A stretch of 64,000 nucleotides of DNA from an uncultured virus (IMG/VR IMGVR_UViG_3300006137_000106) (taxonomy: Duplodnaviria > Heunggongvirae > Uroviricota > Caudoviricetes): IMG/VR virus record IMGVR_UViG_3300006137_000106. One strand, 5' to 3'. A model generated the notes under the pieces. The model was not told the DNA's origin and did not search any database. It saw only the letters and a list, made by a program, of their open reading frames with translations. Each line of letters opens with the position of its first letter. Position 1 is the first letter of the stretch. Positions 56,601 to 64,000 of this stretch are shown one piece after another. A program made the translations under genes and the position numbers.

Positions 56601-58303
56601 TAGATATTGAAAACAGGCAAAATCAAATTTCAGATATTACAAACAAGCTGGCAGATGCAAAGACCGATGCAGCGTTTCAGACACTACAAATTAAGCATAA
56701 AGGCGCTGCACTTAATGTAGATAGCTTTAATGCACTTCAAGAGGAGCTTCAAGTGCTTGTAGCATCTGCATCAGAGCAATATGACAATGCCTTAACAATG
56801 AGAATTACAGACCTAAATTTACAGCTTGAAGATAAAGCAATTACAGAAGAAGAATACCAAAAAAAAGTTGAGGAGGCTACAAAGGGTTATTATGCAAATA
56901 TAAATGAGATGGATGTAAGAGTGAGGACTTTTAATCTTGATAGTATTGCCACTGCTTTTGAGGAACAATTGTCAGACATAATGCCTGATATAGAAGGAAC
57001 AGTGTCAGAAAAGCTTAGCCATGCTTTAGATGATGCAATGATAAAGAATCCAAATATAGCAGAATGGGAATCGCAGGATATTGTTAAATGGCTAGGGCTT
57101 GATAAGCTGGATCTTGATACGTCAGAGCAAACCACAATTGCTCTGGAACTGAAGCAGATTGCGCTTGCAGTCCCAGAAGGAACAAAAAAGCAGATTTTAA
57201 GCAGTTATTTAAGCCAGATTCCTACAGCAGAAGAAATTAAGAATGCCATAGATTGGTCTGCATTAACCAATAATGATATTAGTGAAATAATGCAGCAGGC
57301 AGGTGCTGTGGTGCCAGATAATGGAGTAAAGCAGGGTGAGATGCCTCTTGAAAAGTGGGCAGAACTGTATGGGAAGGATTACGAGGAGTTAATAAGTAAT
57401 TATGCCAAGCAGATAAATACTGCCTTGTCTGGGAACAGAAGCACTGAAAATCTGGAAGCTTTTACGCAACAGTATATGCCCAATTTTTCAGGTTCTAGTG
57501 ATATAAAAGATATAATGTCACAGTATGGTCCAGTCTCAAATGAACGTTATGACGAGCTATCAAAAAAGTGGGAGGATACTGGACTTTATTTTGGCACAGC
57601 ACTTAGTCATGGAGCTTCGGCGGCATTATTGGATTCCTCTTCGCTTTTAAGAACAGATATGCAGACAGCATTGGATACAGCGACTGAAAATCCTTTTACC
57701 ATCAGTCCATTAATAAATATGACACCAACTTACAACATGACTACTCCTACACTTCCAACGGTTAGTCAAGAAATAAGTGGTCATGCAGCGGGAGGTTATG
57801 TAAGTGGAGGACCACAGCTTTCATGGCTGGCAGAAGAAGGCTATGGAGAGTTTGTAATTCCAACAAATCCAAGCCGCAGGGCAAGGGCATTAGATTTATA
57901 CCAGCAGGCAGGAACTGCATTAGGAGTATCTGCCCATGCAGCCGGAGGTTTTGTAGGAGGCTCAAATTTAAGCGATAATAAGGCAGGCTATCATTTATTT
58001 AATAAGGCAAATAAAAACGCTCCTACAGCCTACAACGAAACTGCAGAGGATAATTACAGTGATACAACTCCAATATACAAGCCTGTTTCTGTAGAAAGGG
58101 AAAACAGTTCTAGTGTGACACCAGTACAGATTCAAGTAAGCCTTCAGCCACAGTTTGTTATTAATGGTGGTGATGGGCAGAGTGAAAAAGATATTATGCA
58201 GGTAATAAGGCGGCATTTAAAGGAAATGGCTGACGAACTAGGCGGAGAAATAGCAGCGAATTTAAGCCAGGTATTTTCTAATATGCCATTAAAGAAGGTG
58301 TAA
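53627..58303 (+). CDS. Tape measure protein (TP901-family domain)
   Basis: FEAAMSQV.AISGATG, TKFTASE.AEAF.YMAMAGW, MDNLQG; C-terminal HAAGG..LAEEG.GEFVIP. Confidence 0.95.
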   Translation: MRIIAQTLKIEIPIETVDKTEPELSNLIRKIGKLEEAAEKTGNSSKKAGEQVSQFDRQAQKTEKSLASWAKEKYQILLEAKEKITPIISKIGNGLRSFAGKTWSVTMRAADFITSPVRGIINLLKNPIFQAGAVLGVSIGLKDTIDTYKGFEAAMSQVEAISGATGSEMVKLTNKAKEMGATTKFTASESAEAFNYMAMAGWKTEDMLGGIEGILNLAAASGESLGTTSDIVTDALTAFGMKASEAGHFADVMAVAASNSNTNVSLMGETFKYAGAMAGTLKYSIEDVALATGLMANTGVKGSMAGTALNSIFTRLSTNTNGATDALKKLGVEFYNSDKTARPLKEVMDDLRAATEDFKPAQKSMIANTIAGTYAQKGLIAILNASTEDYEKLSKAVNNADGAAANMAEIMMDNLQGSIKILQSAVDGVKLSFGERLSPYVRNLAEWLTAQMPVVEQGLNEFMDWVDGKIDQMQRKFNAIADTKEWQDADFFGKVKIAWDEFIAEPFLEWWNSTGKVKFAEFAQSIGNGIGAGLKSGIMTLLGIDISETLDEGVSIGAAFAKGFSQGFDFDSISGGLWQGFKSMVSSAGKLLPGGESAGLSSILSAVMLSKIAAPFIGMGRGATSLGKGLFGINPETGTSLMGSFLGSAASGTGLLGKSAMLAINLGAGNLAGGASMSTGALAATGLGAGIGTVAAGATLISSALDAYKAIKSDNKEESKAYGESAAWKAGGVAAGAATGAAIGTIIPIPGISTAVGALIGAGVGGITGWIKGNKIKEEYQENVEEMQKEAEKAQKVFQATGLAIEDVKFKNEALTQAMNDAGVSASQFAVMFQEECANVAKRAFGDISLSLKEVKKVASEITFAGMAKELDEFANVVANTEEGFNNLKSSVTNLKKENWKVGLGMELSETDKDSYRGAVENFLSTSQDFIDNNHYQATVALKLLTGEEADTTNLDSYYGCLKSQLEDLGTKLADSMNAALEDSIITPDEAIDIENRQNQISDITNKLADAKTDAAFQTLQIKHKGAALNVDSFNALQEELQVLVASASEQYDNALTMRITDLNLQLEDKAITEEEYQKKVEEATKGYYANINEMDVRVRTFNLDSIATAFEEQLSDIMPDIEGTVSEKLSHALDDAMIKNPNIAEWESQDIVKWLGLDKLDLDTSEQTTIALELKQIALAVPEGTKKQILSSYLSQIPTAEEIKNAIDWSALTNNDISEIMQQAGAVVPDNGVKQGEMPLEKWAELYGKDYEELISNYAKQINTALSGNRSTENLEAFTQQYMPNFSGSSDIKDIMSQYGPVSNERYDELSKKWEDTGLYFGTALSHGASAALLDSSSLLRTDMQTALDTATENPFTISPLINMTPTYNMTTPTLPTVSQEISGHAAGGYVSGGPQLSWLAEEGYGEFVIPTNPSRRARALDLYQQAGTALGVSAHAAGGFVGGSNLSDNKAGYHLFNKANKNAPTAYNETAEDNYSDTTPIYKPVSVERENSSSVTPVQIQVSLQPQFVINGGDGQSEKDIMQVIRRHLKEMADELGGEIAANLSQVFSNMPLKKV

Positions 58304-58306
58304 GTT

Positions 58307-58990
58307 ATGGACATAAAATTAATTCCTGTTGGAAGCGGTGCAAAGTTTACGTTTCCATCACTACCCGAAAAGATACAGGGCAAGTATGGGGCAAAGTACC
58401 AAAGTTTTGACATTATATCTCAGGGAACTGTAAAAGTCCCAAAAGGAACAGCAGTATCAGAGTTTTCATGGGAAGGTGTTTTTTTTGGAAAATCAAAAAA
58501 AATGGAGCCTATTGTAAAACAAAACAGTTGGAAAGAGCCCAAAGAATGTGTAAAAATACTGGATAATTTTATAAAAAATGAAACCATATTGAATTTGATT
58601 GTGACAGAAACATGGATTAATGTAGATGTTACAATCTCCTCTTTTCAAGTGCGGCCTATAGGCGCATATGGAAATGTCGAGTATTCTATAACTTTTGTCC
58701 AGAAAAAGTCTTTAAAAATTTATACGACAGAAGAGTTTGGAATTGTAAAAGCAACAAAACCAAGAGAGGATTCTAGTGACTCGAACAGTGAAGGAGGCAC
58801 TTATATTGTAGTAAGTGGTGATACTTTATGGGGTATCGCAGCAAAAAAATTAGGGAGTGGCAGTAAATGGACCTCTATCTATGATGCTAATGTCCAAACA
58901 ATAGAGGCAGAAGCGAAAAAACATAAAAAAGAAAGTTCGGATCATGGTCATTGGATATGGCCTGGAGAAGTTTTGACAATACCAAGATAG
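58307..58990 (+). CDS. LysM-domain tail/baseplate protein (XkdP-like)
   Basis: YIVVSGDTLWGIAAKKLGSGSKW..IYDAN..IWPGEVLTIP. Confidence 0.88.
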   Translation: MDIKLIPVGSGAKFTFPSLPEKIQGKYGAKYQSFDIISQGTVKVPKGTAVSEFSWEGVFFGKSKKMEPIVKQNSWKEPKECVKILDNFIKNETILNLIVTETWINVDVTISSFQVRPIGAYGNVEYSITFVQKKSLKIYTTEEFGIVKATKPREDSSDSNSEGGTYIVVSGDTLWGIAAKKLGSGSKWTSIYDANVQTIEAEAKKHKKESSDHGHWIWPGEVLTIPR

Positions 58991-59004
58991 GAGGCGTTTT
59001 TCTT

Positions 59005-60252
59005 TTGATTGATTTAGCGAATATAAAATATCACGTTTTAGTAATGGATTCATCTGGAAATGAATATAACATTGGAGATTTCGTTCAGAATTTAGGCTGG
59101 GAAGAAAATGAAAATGAAATTTCAATGCGTTCTTCTTTTACAGTTCGCAACAATAAAACAGCAAAAGGCTACCTATCAAGTCTTATTAAGCCTGGATGCT
59201 TAATAGGAATTTTTGCTACAGATGGGCTTATTTATGAGGAAGTAGCTAGAGGATATGTAGAAAATTGGAATCAAGTAGAAAAGAATAGTGAGAATTGTTT
59301 GAAATGTACCTGCTATGATGAACTATATAAACTGCAAAAAAGTCAGGATAATCGTTATTATCCTTCTGGAACTGGAACAAAGTGGGCAATTCAAGGAATT
59401 TTTAACGATTGGGAGATATTGCAGGGGGATTACAATGGACCAAATGCTTCACATGGAAAAACAGTATGTAATAATAAATACCTGTCTGATATTATATTAG
59501 AATTTCTGGATGATGCAGTTAAAAAAGGGGAAGAAAAGTGTATTATACGAGCCGCAAAGGGATATACCAGCGTGATTCCGTGGGGCAGCAATAAAACAGT
59601 ATATGTATTTAGTGTAGATAATACCCAATCGTTTAGTAAAAATGTTAGTACAGAAAATTTAATTACTAGAGTAAAAGTTGTTGGTCAGGCAGATAAAGAA
59701 GGGAAACATAGAGTAGAAGCTACACGAAATGGTGCAATTGAGTATGGTATCCGACAAAGAATTTATATTAGAGGAAAAGATGAAACATTAAGCGATGCAA
59801 ATCTGGCAGCACAAAAGATACTTGATGAAGAAGGCGCAATTGAAAAGAAGATGACAGTACAAGGACCAGACGTTCCATTTATACGGAAAGGTGATCTTGT
59901 TTATATTCTAAGCAGCATAACTTCAAGCTACTATTATGTTAAAAGTATTCAGCATAATGCGGATAATTACAGTATGTCAATGGATTTGGAGTATGCTGAG
60001 TCAGAAGAATTAAAAGAAAACAGTAATGACGGACAGACAAAGAAAGAATACCAAGTGGGTGATATTGTGAATTTTCATGGTGGTACCCATTATGTTAGTA
60101 GTTATTCTGATGCCAAAGGATACAACGCAAGGGCGGGAAAGGCGAAAATTACAATTAAGAACGGTTCTGGAAAAGCACACCCGTGGCATCTTATCCATAC
60201 GGACAGTGGTAGTAATGTCTATGGCTGGGTAGATGATGGAACATTTGATTAA
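59005..60252 (+). CDS. Baseplate hub protein (XkdQ-like) with a C-terminal SH3-like cell-wall-binding domain
   Basis: CYDELY.L, ITRVKVVG, YG..Q; tail VGDIVNFHGG.HY...AHPWHLIH..VYGWVD. Confidence 0.8.
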   Translation: MIDLANIKYHVLVMDSSGNEYNIGDFVQNLGWEENENEISMRSSFTVRNNKTAKGYLSSLIKPGCLIGIFATDGLIYEEVARGYVENWNQVEKNSENCLKCTCYDELYKLQKSQDNRYYPSGTGTKWAIQGIFNDWEILQGDYNGPNASHGKTVCNNKYLSDIILEFLDDAVKKGEEKCIIRAAKGYTSVIPWGSNKTVYVFSVDNTQSFSKNVSTENLITRVKVVGQADKEGKHRVEATRNGAIEYGIRQRIYIRGKDETLSDANLAAQKILDEEGAIEKKMTVQGPDVPFIRKGDLVYILSSITSSYYYVKSIQHNADNYSMSMDLEYAESEELKENSNDGQTKKEYQVGDIVNFHGGTHYVSSYSDAKGYNARAGKAKITIKNGSGKAHPWHLIHTDSGSNVYGWVDDGTFD

Positions 60253-60267
60253 GGGGAGGCAGTACAG

Positions 60268-60651
60268 ATGGAAGGGTTTGATGGATATCGCGGAACAACA
60301 AAATTGGCATCAGTCCTGAGCAATCGAATGAAAAGCGAGAATGAATCTCCTTTAACATTGGATTTTGGAGAGATACAGGCAAATGACAGCTTAGTAACAA
60401 ATACATTTCCAGTTCCAATTCCCAAAGGGGATTACTCTATTTGTAGGTCCGTTAATGGGTATACGCTAGGGACATCAGAATCTAGCTGGATAGGACATTT
60501 ACAGGAGGATAAGCATATACATGATAATCCTTCTGGTTTTTCAGGACACAGTCATGATGTGTTGCTGCCAAAACTGAAAGCAGGAGACCGTGTTTTAGTG
60601 GCATGGGTGCAGAGTGAAGCAGTAGTAATAGATGTAATTGAAAGGGCATAA
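60268..60651 (+). CDS. Baseplate spike-like protein (XkdR position)
   Basis: His-rich HIHD..HSH segment, LKAGDRVLVAW. Confidence 0.65.
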   Translation: MEGFDGYRGTTKLASVLSNRMKSENESPLTLDFGEIQANDSLVTNTFPVPIPKGDYSICRSVNGYTLGTSESSWIGHLQEDKHIHDNPSGFSGHSHDVLLPKLKAGDRVLVAWVQSEAVVIDVIERA

Positions 60652-60665
60652 AGGAGGCGAGGCAA

Positions 60666-61100
60666 ATGTCACAATCGTTATTTCCAGTGGTTCAAGTACC
60701 AGAGTTTACACCACAAAATACAAAATATGATATGGAATACAGGCGGAGTGCCAAATGGGACCCTGTTTGTGGCGATTTTGTTAGAGATGGAACAAACCGT
60801 GTTGTAGAATGTGATGGTAAAGAGGCTTATTCTACATGGTGTTTTAAGATTGCCCAAACAGAACGGTATCGCTGCCTTGCATATCCAAATTCTATTGGGG
60901 TTGAAATGGAACGTGCTCTGGATAATGACGATGTGGAAACAGTTGAATCTATGGTACAGAGAACAATTACAGAGGCACTTATGGTAAATCCTAGAACAGA
61001 AGATGTCTGGAATTTTGAATTTTCTTGGAAAGGTGACAATATGCATTGTAGGTTTAAGGTAAAAGGCGTCGATTGTGATGAAATTACAATTGCAATTTAA
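60666..61100 (+). CDS. Baseplate wedge protein (DUF2634/XkdS-like)
   Basis: WD...GDF, TERY...AY...GVE, ITEALMVNPR. Confidence 0.85.
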   Translation: MSQSLFPVVQVPEFTPQNTKYDMEYRRSAKWDPVCGDFVRDGTNRVVECDGKEAYSTWCFKIAQTERYRCLAYPNSIGVEMERALDNDDVETVESMVQRTITEALMVNPRTEDVWNFEFSWKGDNMHCRFKVKGVDCDEITIAI

Positions 61101-61119
61101 GAGGAAGAAGTGTGAGAGT

Positions 61120-62238
61120 ATGCAGCCGGAATTTATAAGGCCAGAATTTATTGAAAATAATAGTGCAGAGGAAATACACCAGAGAATGATGAATAATCTG
61201 CCAGCGGATATTGATAATACACCAGGAGGCTTTCCCTATGATTTTACAAAACCTGCTGCACTGGAAAAAGATGAGTTTATCAATTACCATTTAGTAAGGG
61301 CATTAATGATTGCGTTTCCTCAGTATGCATGGGATGAATGGCTGGACCTCCACGGACAGCAAGTACATCTTGAACGGCACCAGCCAGAAAGTGCATCCGG
61401 AAAAGTAAAGGTTACTGGCACACCAGGGACAGTAATTGCAGAGGGAACAATATTTTGTACACCAGCAACAGACAGCGGACCTTCCATTCAGTTTTGTTCT
61501 ACGCAGGAAAAAGAGATTGAAACAAATGGTACAGTCCTTATTCCTGTATTGGCGGTGGAAAGCGGCAGGGGTTCCAATGTGCCAGCTAATACCATAACCC
61601 TTATGGCAAAACCAGATAAAAACATCACTGATGTAATCAATCCTGAACAAATTAAAGGAGGCACCGAACGGGAGAGCAATGATAATTTCTATGACAGAAT
61701 TGCAACAGAGTATGATAACAGTCTTACATTTTTAGGAAATGACAGTGATTATATTCGTTGGGCGAGAGAAGCTGGTGCCGGTGATTGTATTGTGATTCCG
61801 ACAGCGGAAGGTGTGGGAACAGTAAAACTGGCACTGGTAGATGGTAATGGACAGCCTGCCAATGAAGAACTGGTACAAGAAGTGTATCATTATATTGTAT
61901 CTCCAGAAGATAGAAGTAAACGGTTACTGCCTACTGCTTGCGCAAAATTAATATGTGTACCTGCCACAACTGTAGAGATAAATTATACAATTACTGGACT
62001 TTTATATGATAAAACAACATCAATTGAACAGATTAAAACGGATTTTACGCTTGCGATAAAGGGAATCTATACACTGGCAAAACAACAGGATATACTGCGT
62101 TATAATGATGTAAGACCGATTATTTCTGATATTACTGGTGTAACAGATTTCCATGAGTTTTTTATGAATGGAGAGATGCAAAACATTAGACTAAATAGAG
62201 AAGAGTATCCAGAAACTGGCATTCTTAATTTTTGTTAG
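61120..62238 (+). CDS. Baseplate J-like protein (XkdT-like)
   Basis: D.T.P.ALE, LDLHG, G..GNV.AN.I, GG.E.E, GN..DY..WA, G.GTVK. Confidence 0.92.
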   Translation: MQPEFIRPEFIENNSAEEIHQRMMNNLPADIDNTPGGFPYDFTKPAALEKDEFINYHLVRALMIAFPQYAWDEWLDLHGQQVHLERHQPESASGKVKVTGTPGTVIAEGTIFCTPATDSGPSIQFCSTQEKEIETNGTVLIPVLAVESGRGSNVPANTITLMAKPDKNITDVINPEQIKGGTERESNDNFYDRIATEYDNSLTFLGNDSDYIRWAREAGAGDCIVIPTAEGVGTVKLALVDGNGQPANEELVQEVYHYIVSPEDRSKRLLPTACAKLICVPATTVEINYTITGLLYDKTTSIEQIKTDFTLAIKGIYTLAKQQDILRYNDVRPIISDITGVTDFHEFFMNGEMQNIRLNREEYPETGILNFC

Positions 62239-62249
62239 GAGGCAATTCT

Positions 62250-63596
62250 ATGAAGAAATTTGATCTGGAAAACTTTCCTACAAGTAAGAGTGCTAAGAAG
62301 ATGCTCAGTTATGTGTCAGATGGATTTTATGATGAATCCTATGTGGGAAAATGGCTGTTTCAGGTGATGGGAGTGGAGTATGACAAGGCGCTGGAGATTG
62401 TGGAGGACCTGCCTGCACAATTCTTTCCAGAAACTGCCACATGGGGATTGATGTACCATGAGATGAAATGGGGACTGCCAATTCGATTAAATCTATCCTA
62501 TGAAGAACGGCGCGGTTTAATTTATCAGAAAAGAGACTGTAGAGCACCTATGACCCCATATCGAATGGAAAGATATCTGGAAAATGTAACTAATTTTGAG
62601 GTACATATTGCAGACGTAAATGATTTAGGAGCGTATGGTTTTATTCCTTCTCACCCTAATATTTTTAAGGCTTATTTTTTAGGAGAAGGAACATTAAATT
62701 CAAAACTGGTGCATGATGTATTAAATAAGTTAAAGCAGTCCCATACAATGTATATTGTAAACGACAGGGTTGAAATTCCTTTTATTAATACATATTTAGA
62801 GCGAATTAGAGCTGTTTGTATATTTATTTTATATATTCCATTTTGGGGAGATGATATTTATACAGGACCATACTGCTATGATGGCACACTTACATATAAC
62901 GCTGTAAGAAAATATAAAATTAGGGTTTTAATAAGATACTTGATGCGTATGCAAACACAGCAAAATGTAGTATATAGTAAAAGCAGCATTAAGGCATTTA
63001 TACAGGGAAAGGAATCTATAAACTTATATTTGTGCAGTCTATACAGTATAAGCTTTTGGGGTTGTCCTGTATATAATGGTCAAGACCGATATGATGGAAG
63101 TACACAATATAATGCTGTAAGAAACTATAAAATCAGTATTGTAGTAAGCTATCATATAGGTGTTTTTATATTGCAAAGGTTCATATGCAGTAAAAATTAT
63201 TTAAGAATGCTGATACAAAATAAAATACAAACCAATGCTTTATTGTGCATCGTTAATCAAATCAGGCATAAAAAATTGATTCTTCAGGTAGAAACAAAAA
63301 ATTTAGTAAAACTAAATATAGCAGAAAAAGTAAGGCATACGAATCAGATTTTGTATATCCAGACGTTACATAAGAATATCTTAAATATTTGGCAAAGGTA
63401 CAAAGACAAGATTCAGAATGGTCAGACTAAAATGGTAGGTAATATTAAGACGCATATGCAGATAAACAATCCCTGTGGACAAATAGGAAATATGCAGATC
63501 ATAACGTTGCGGAATGTAGCTTATTATGATGGGACGTTAAGATATGATGGAACCGCAAAATATGACGCACTGTACAAAGAAGAAAGGGTGGAATAA
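62250..63596 (+). CDS. Baseplate/tail protein I-like (DUF2313/XkdU) with an extended C-terminus
   Basis: QFFPETATWGL..HE..WGL...LSYEERR; three Y.G..YDG repeats. Confidence 0.8.
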   Translation: MKKFDLENFPTSKSAKKMLSYVSDGFYDESYVGKWLFQVMGVEYDKALEIVEDLPAQFFPETATWGLMYHEMKWGLPIRLNLSYEERRGLIYQKRDCRAPMTPYRMERYLENVTNFEVHIADVNDLGAYGFIPSHPNIFKAYFLGEGTLNSKLVHDVLNKLKQSHTMYIVNDRVEIPFINTYLERIRAVCIFILYIPFWGDDIYTGPYCYDGTLTYNAVRKYKIRVLIRYLMRMQTQQNVVYSKSSIKAFIQGKESINLYLCSLYSISFWGCPVYNGQDRYDGSTQYNAVRNYKISIVVSYHIGVFILQRFICSKNYLRMLIQNKIQTNALLCIVNQIRHKKLILQVETKNLVKLNIAEKVRHTNQILYIQTLHKNILNIWQRYKDKIQNGQTKMVGNIKTHMQINNPCGQIGNMQIITLRNVAYYDGTLRYDGTAKYDALYKEERVE

Positions 63597-63598
63597 GA

Positions 63599-63991
63599 AT
63601 GAGTGCAACAAACAAAAATGTAGTAATAACAAAAGCAGCAAGAATGAAGTTAGTAAAGGCTAGGGCAGGAGCGATAACGCTTCCAAAGGTTGTAGGAATG
63701 GCGTTTGGGAATGGAGGCGTAGAGGCAGATGGAACAGTGATAGAGCCACCAGACAGTCAAGCAGCTTTGAAAAATGAATTGTATAGAAAGCCGATTGATG
63801 GGTATAGTTTCCCAGAAGATACCATATGTCGCTATGAATGTACGCTCATGGGGAATGAGCTTGCAGGAGAGGAAATAAGTGAGGTTGGATTATACGATGA
63901 AGATGGCGACATTATCTGTATCAAGAATTTTACCAGAAAGGGTAAAGATGATGATGTGGAACAGACGTATGTATTGGAAGATATATTCTAA
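63599..63991 (+). CDS. Tail-collar fibre-like protein
   Basis: VIT...R, MAFG.GG, L.NE, ISEVGLYD.DG....IK.F..K.K. Confidence 0.75.
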   Translation: MSATNKNVVITKAARMKLVKARAGAITLPKVVGMAFGNGGVEADGTVIEPPDSQAALKNELYRKPIDGYSFPEDTICRYECTLMGNELAGEEISEVGLYDEDGDIICIKNFTRKGKDDDVEQTYVLEDIF

Positions 63992-64000
63992 AGAAAGGGG

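Larger units (their letters stand above)
8235..64000. mobile_element. Temperate prophage with contractile tail, integrated by a large serine integrase; right end outside the window
   Basis: Canonical order: integrase, immunity, replication, late activator, terminase, portal, capsid, sheath/tube, tape measure, baseplate. Confidence 0.95.

Noticed and set aside
62850..63575. DGR variable repeat or invertible tail cassette (YDG repeats)
   Set aside because: Repeats are diverged at the protein level with no adenine-specific pattern; no reverse transcriptase or invertase in the window
1..64000. tRNA/rRNA genes, lysis cassette and attR
   Set aside because: None recognisable; lysis genes and attR presumably lie beyond the right edge

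Overview
Low-GC Firmicutes (Clostridia/Lachnospiraceae-like) window made almost entirely of two adjacent mobile elements. (1) 1-~8156 is the right end of an integrative element: a DUF6870-like small gene, three tandem large serine recombinase genes (the middle one truncated by MITE/IS debris) and a ZorA/ZorB-like (MotA/ExbB + MotB/OmpA) pair. (2) ~8235-64000 is a temperate contractile-tailed prophage with a large serine integrase, many toxin-antitoxin modules, several divergent HTH pairs, replication genes with an iteron array, a ~7.5 kb moron cluster, and terminase, head, tail and baseplate genes; it runs off the window end. Only ~80 bp of apparent host DNA lies between the two elements. It encodes an internal piece of an M23 peptidase carrying the HxxxD motif, which suggests one host gene interrupted twice by serine-recombinase elements. 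The prophage also shows unannotated RNA-level signals: a promoter/terminator-bounded ~80-nt RNA next to the integrase that is complementary, in two blocks, to a tandemly repeated leader 12 kb away (reminiscent of P1 c4 / P4 CI RNA); a Sar-like antisense switch on the antirepressor; three antisense mini-cassettes sharing a promoter-hairpin-RBS motif; and a wobble-supported structured RNA. All family names come from motif recognition by eye, not from database searches.
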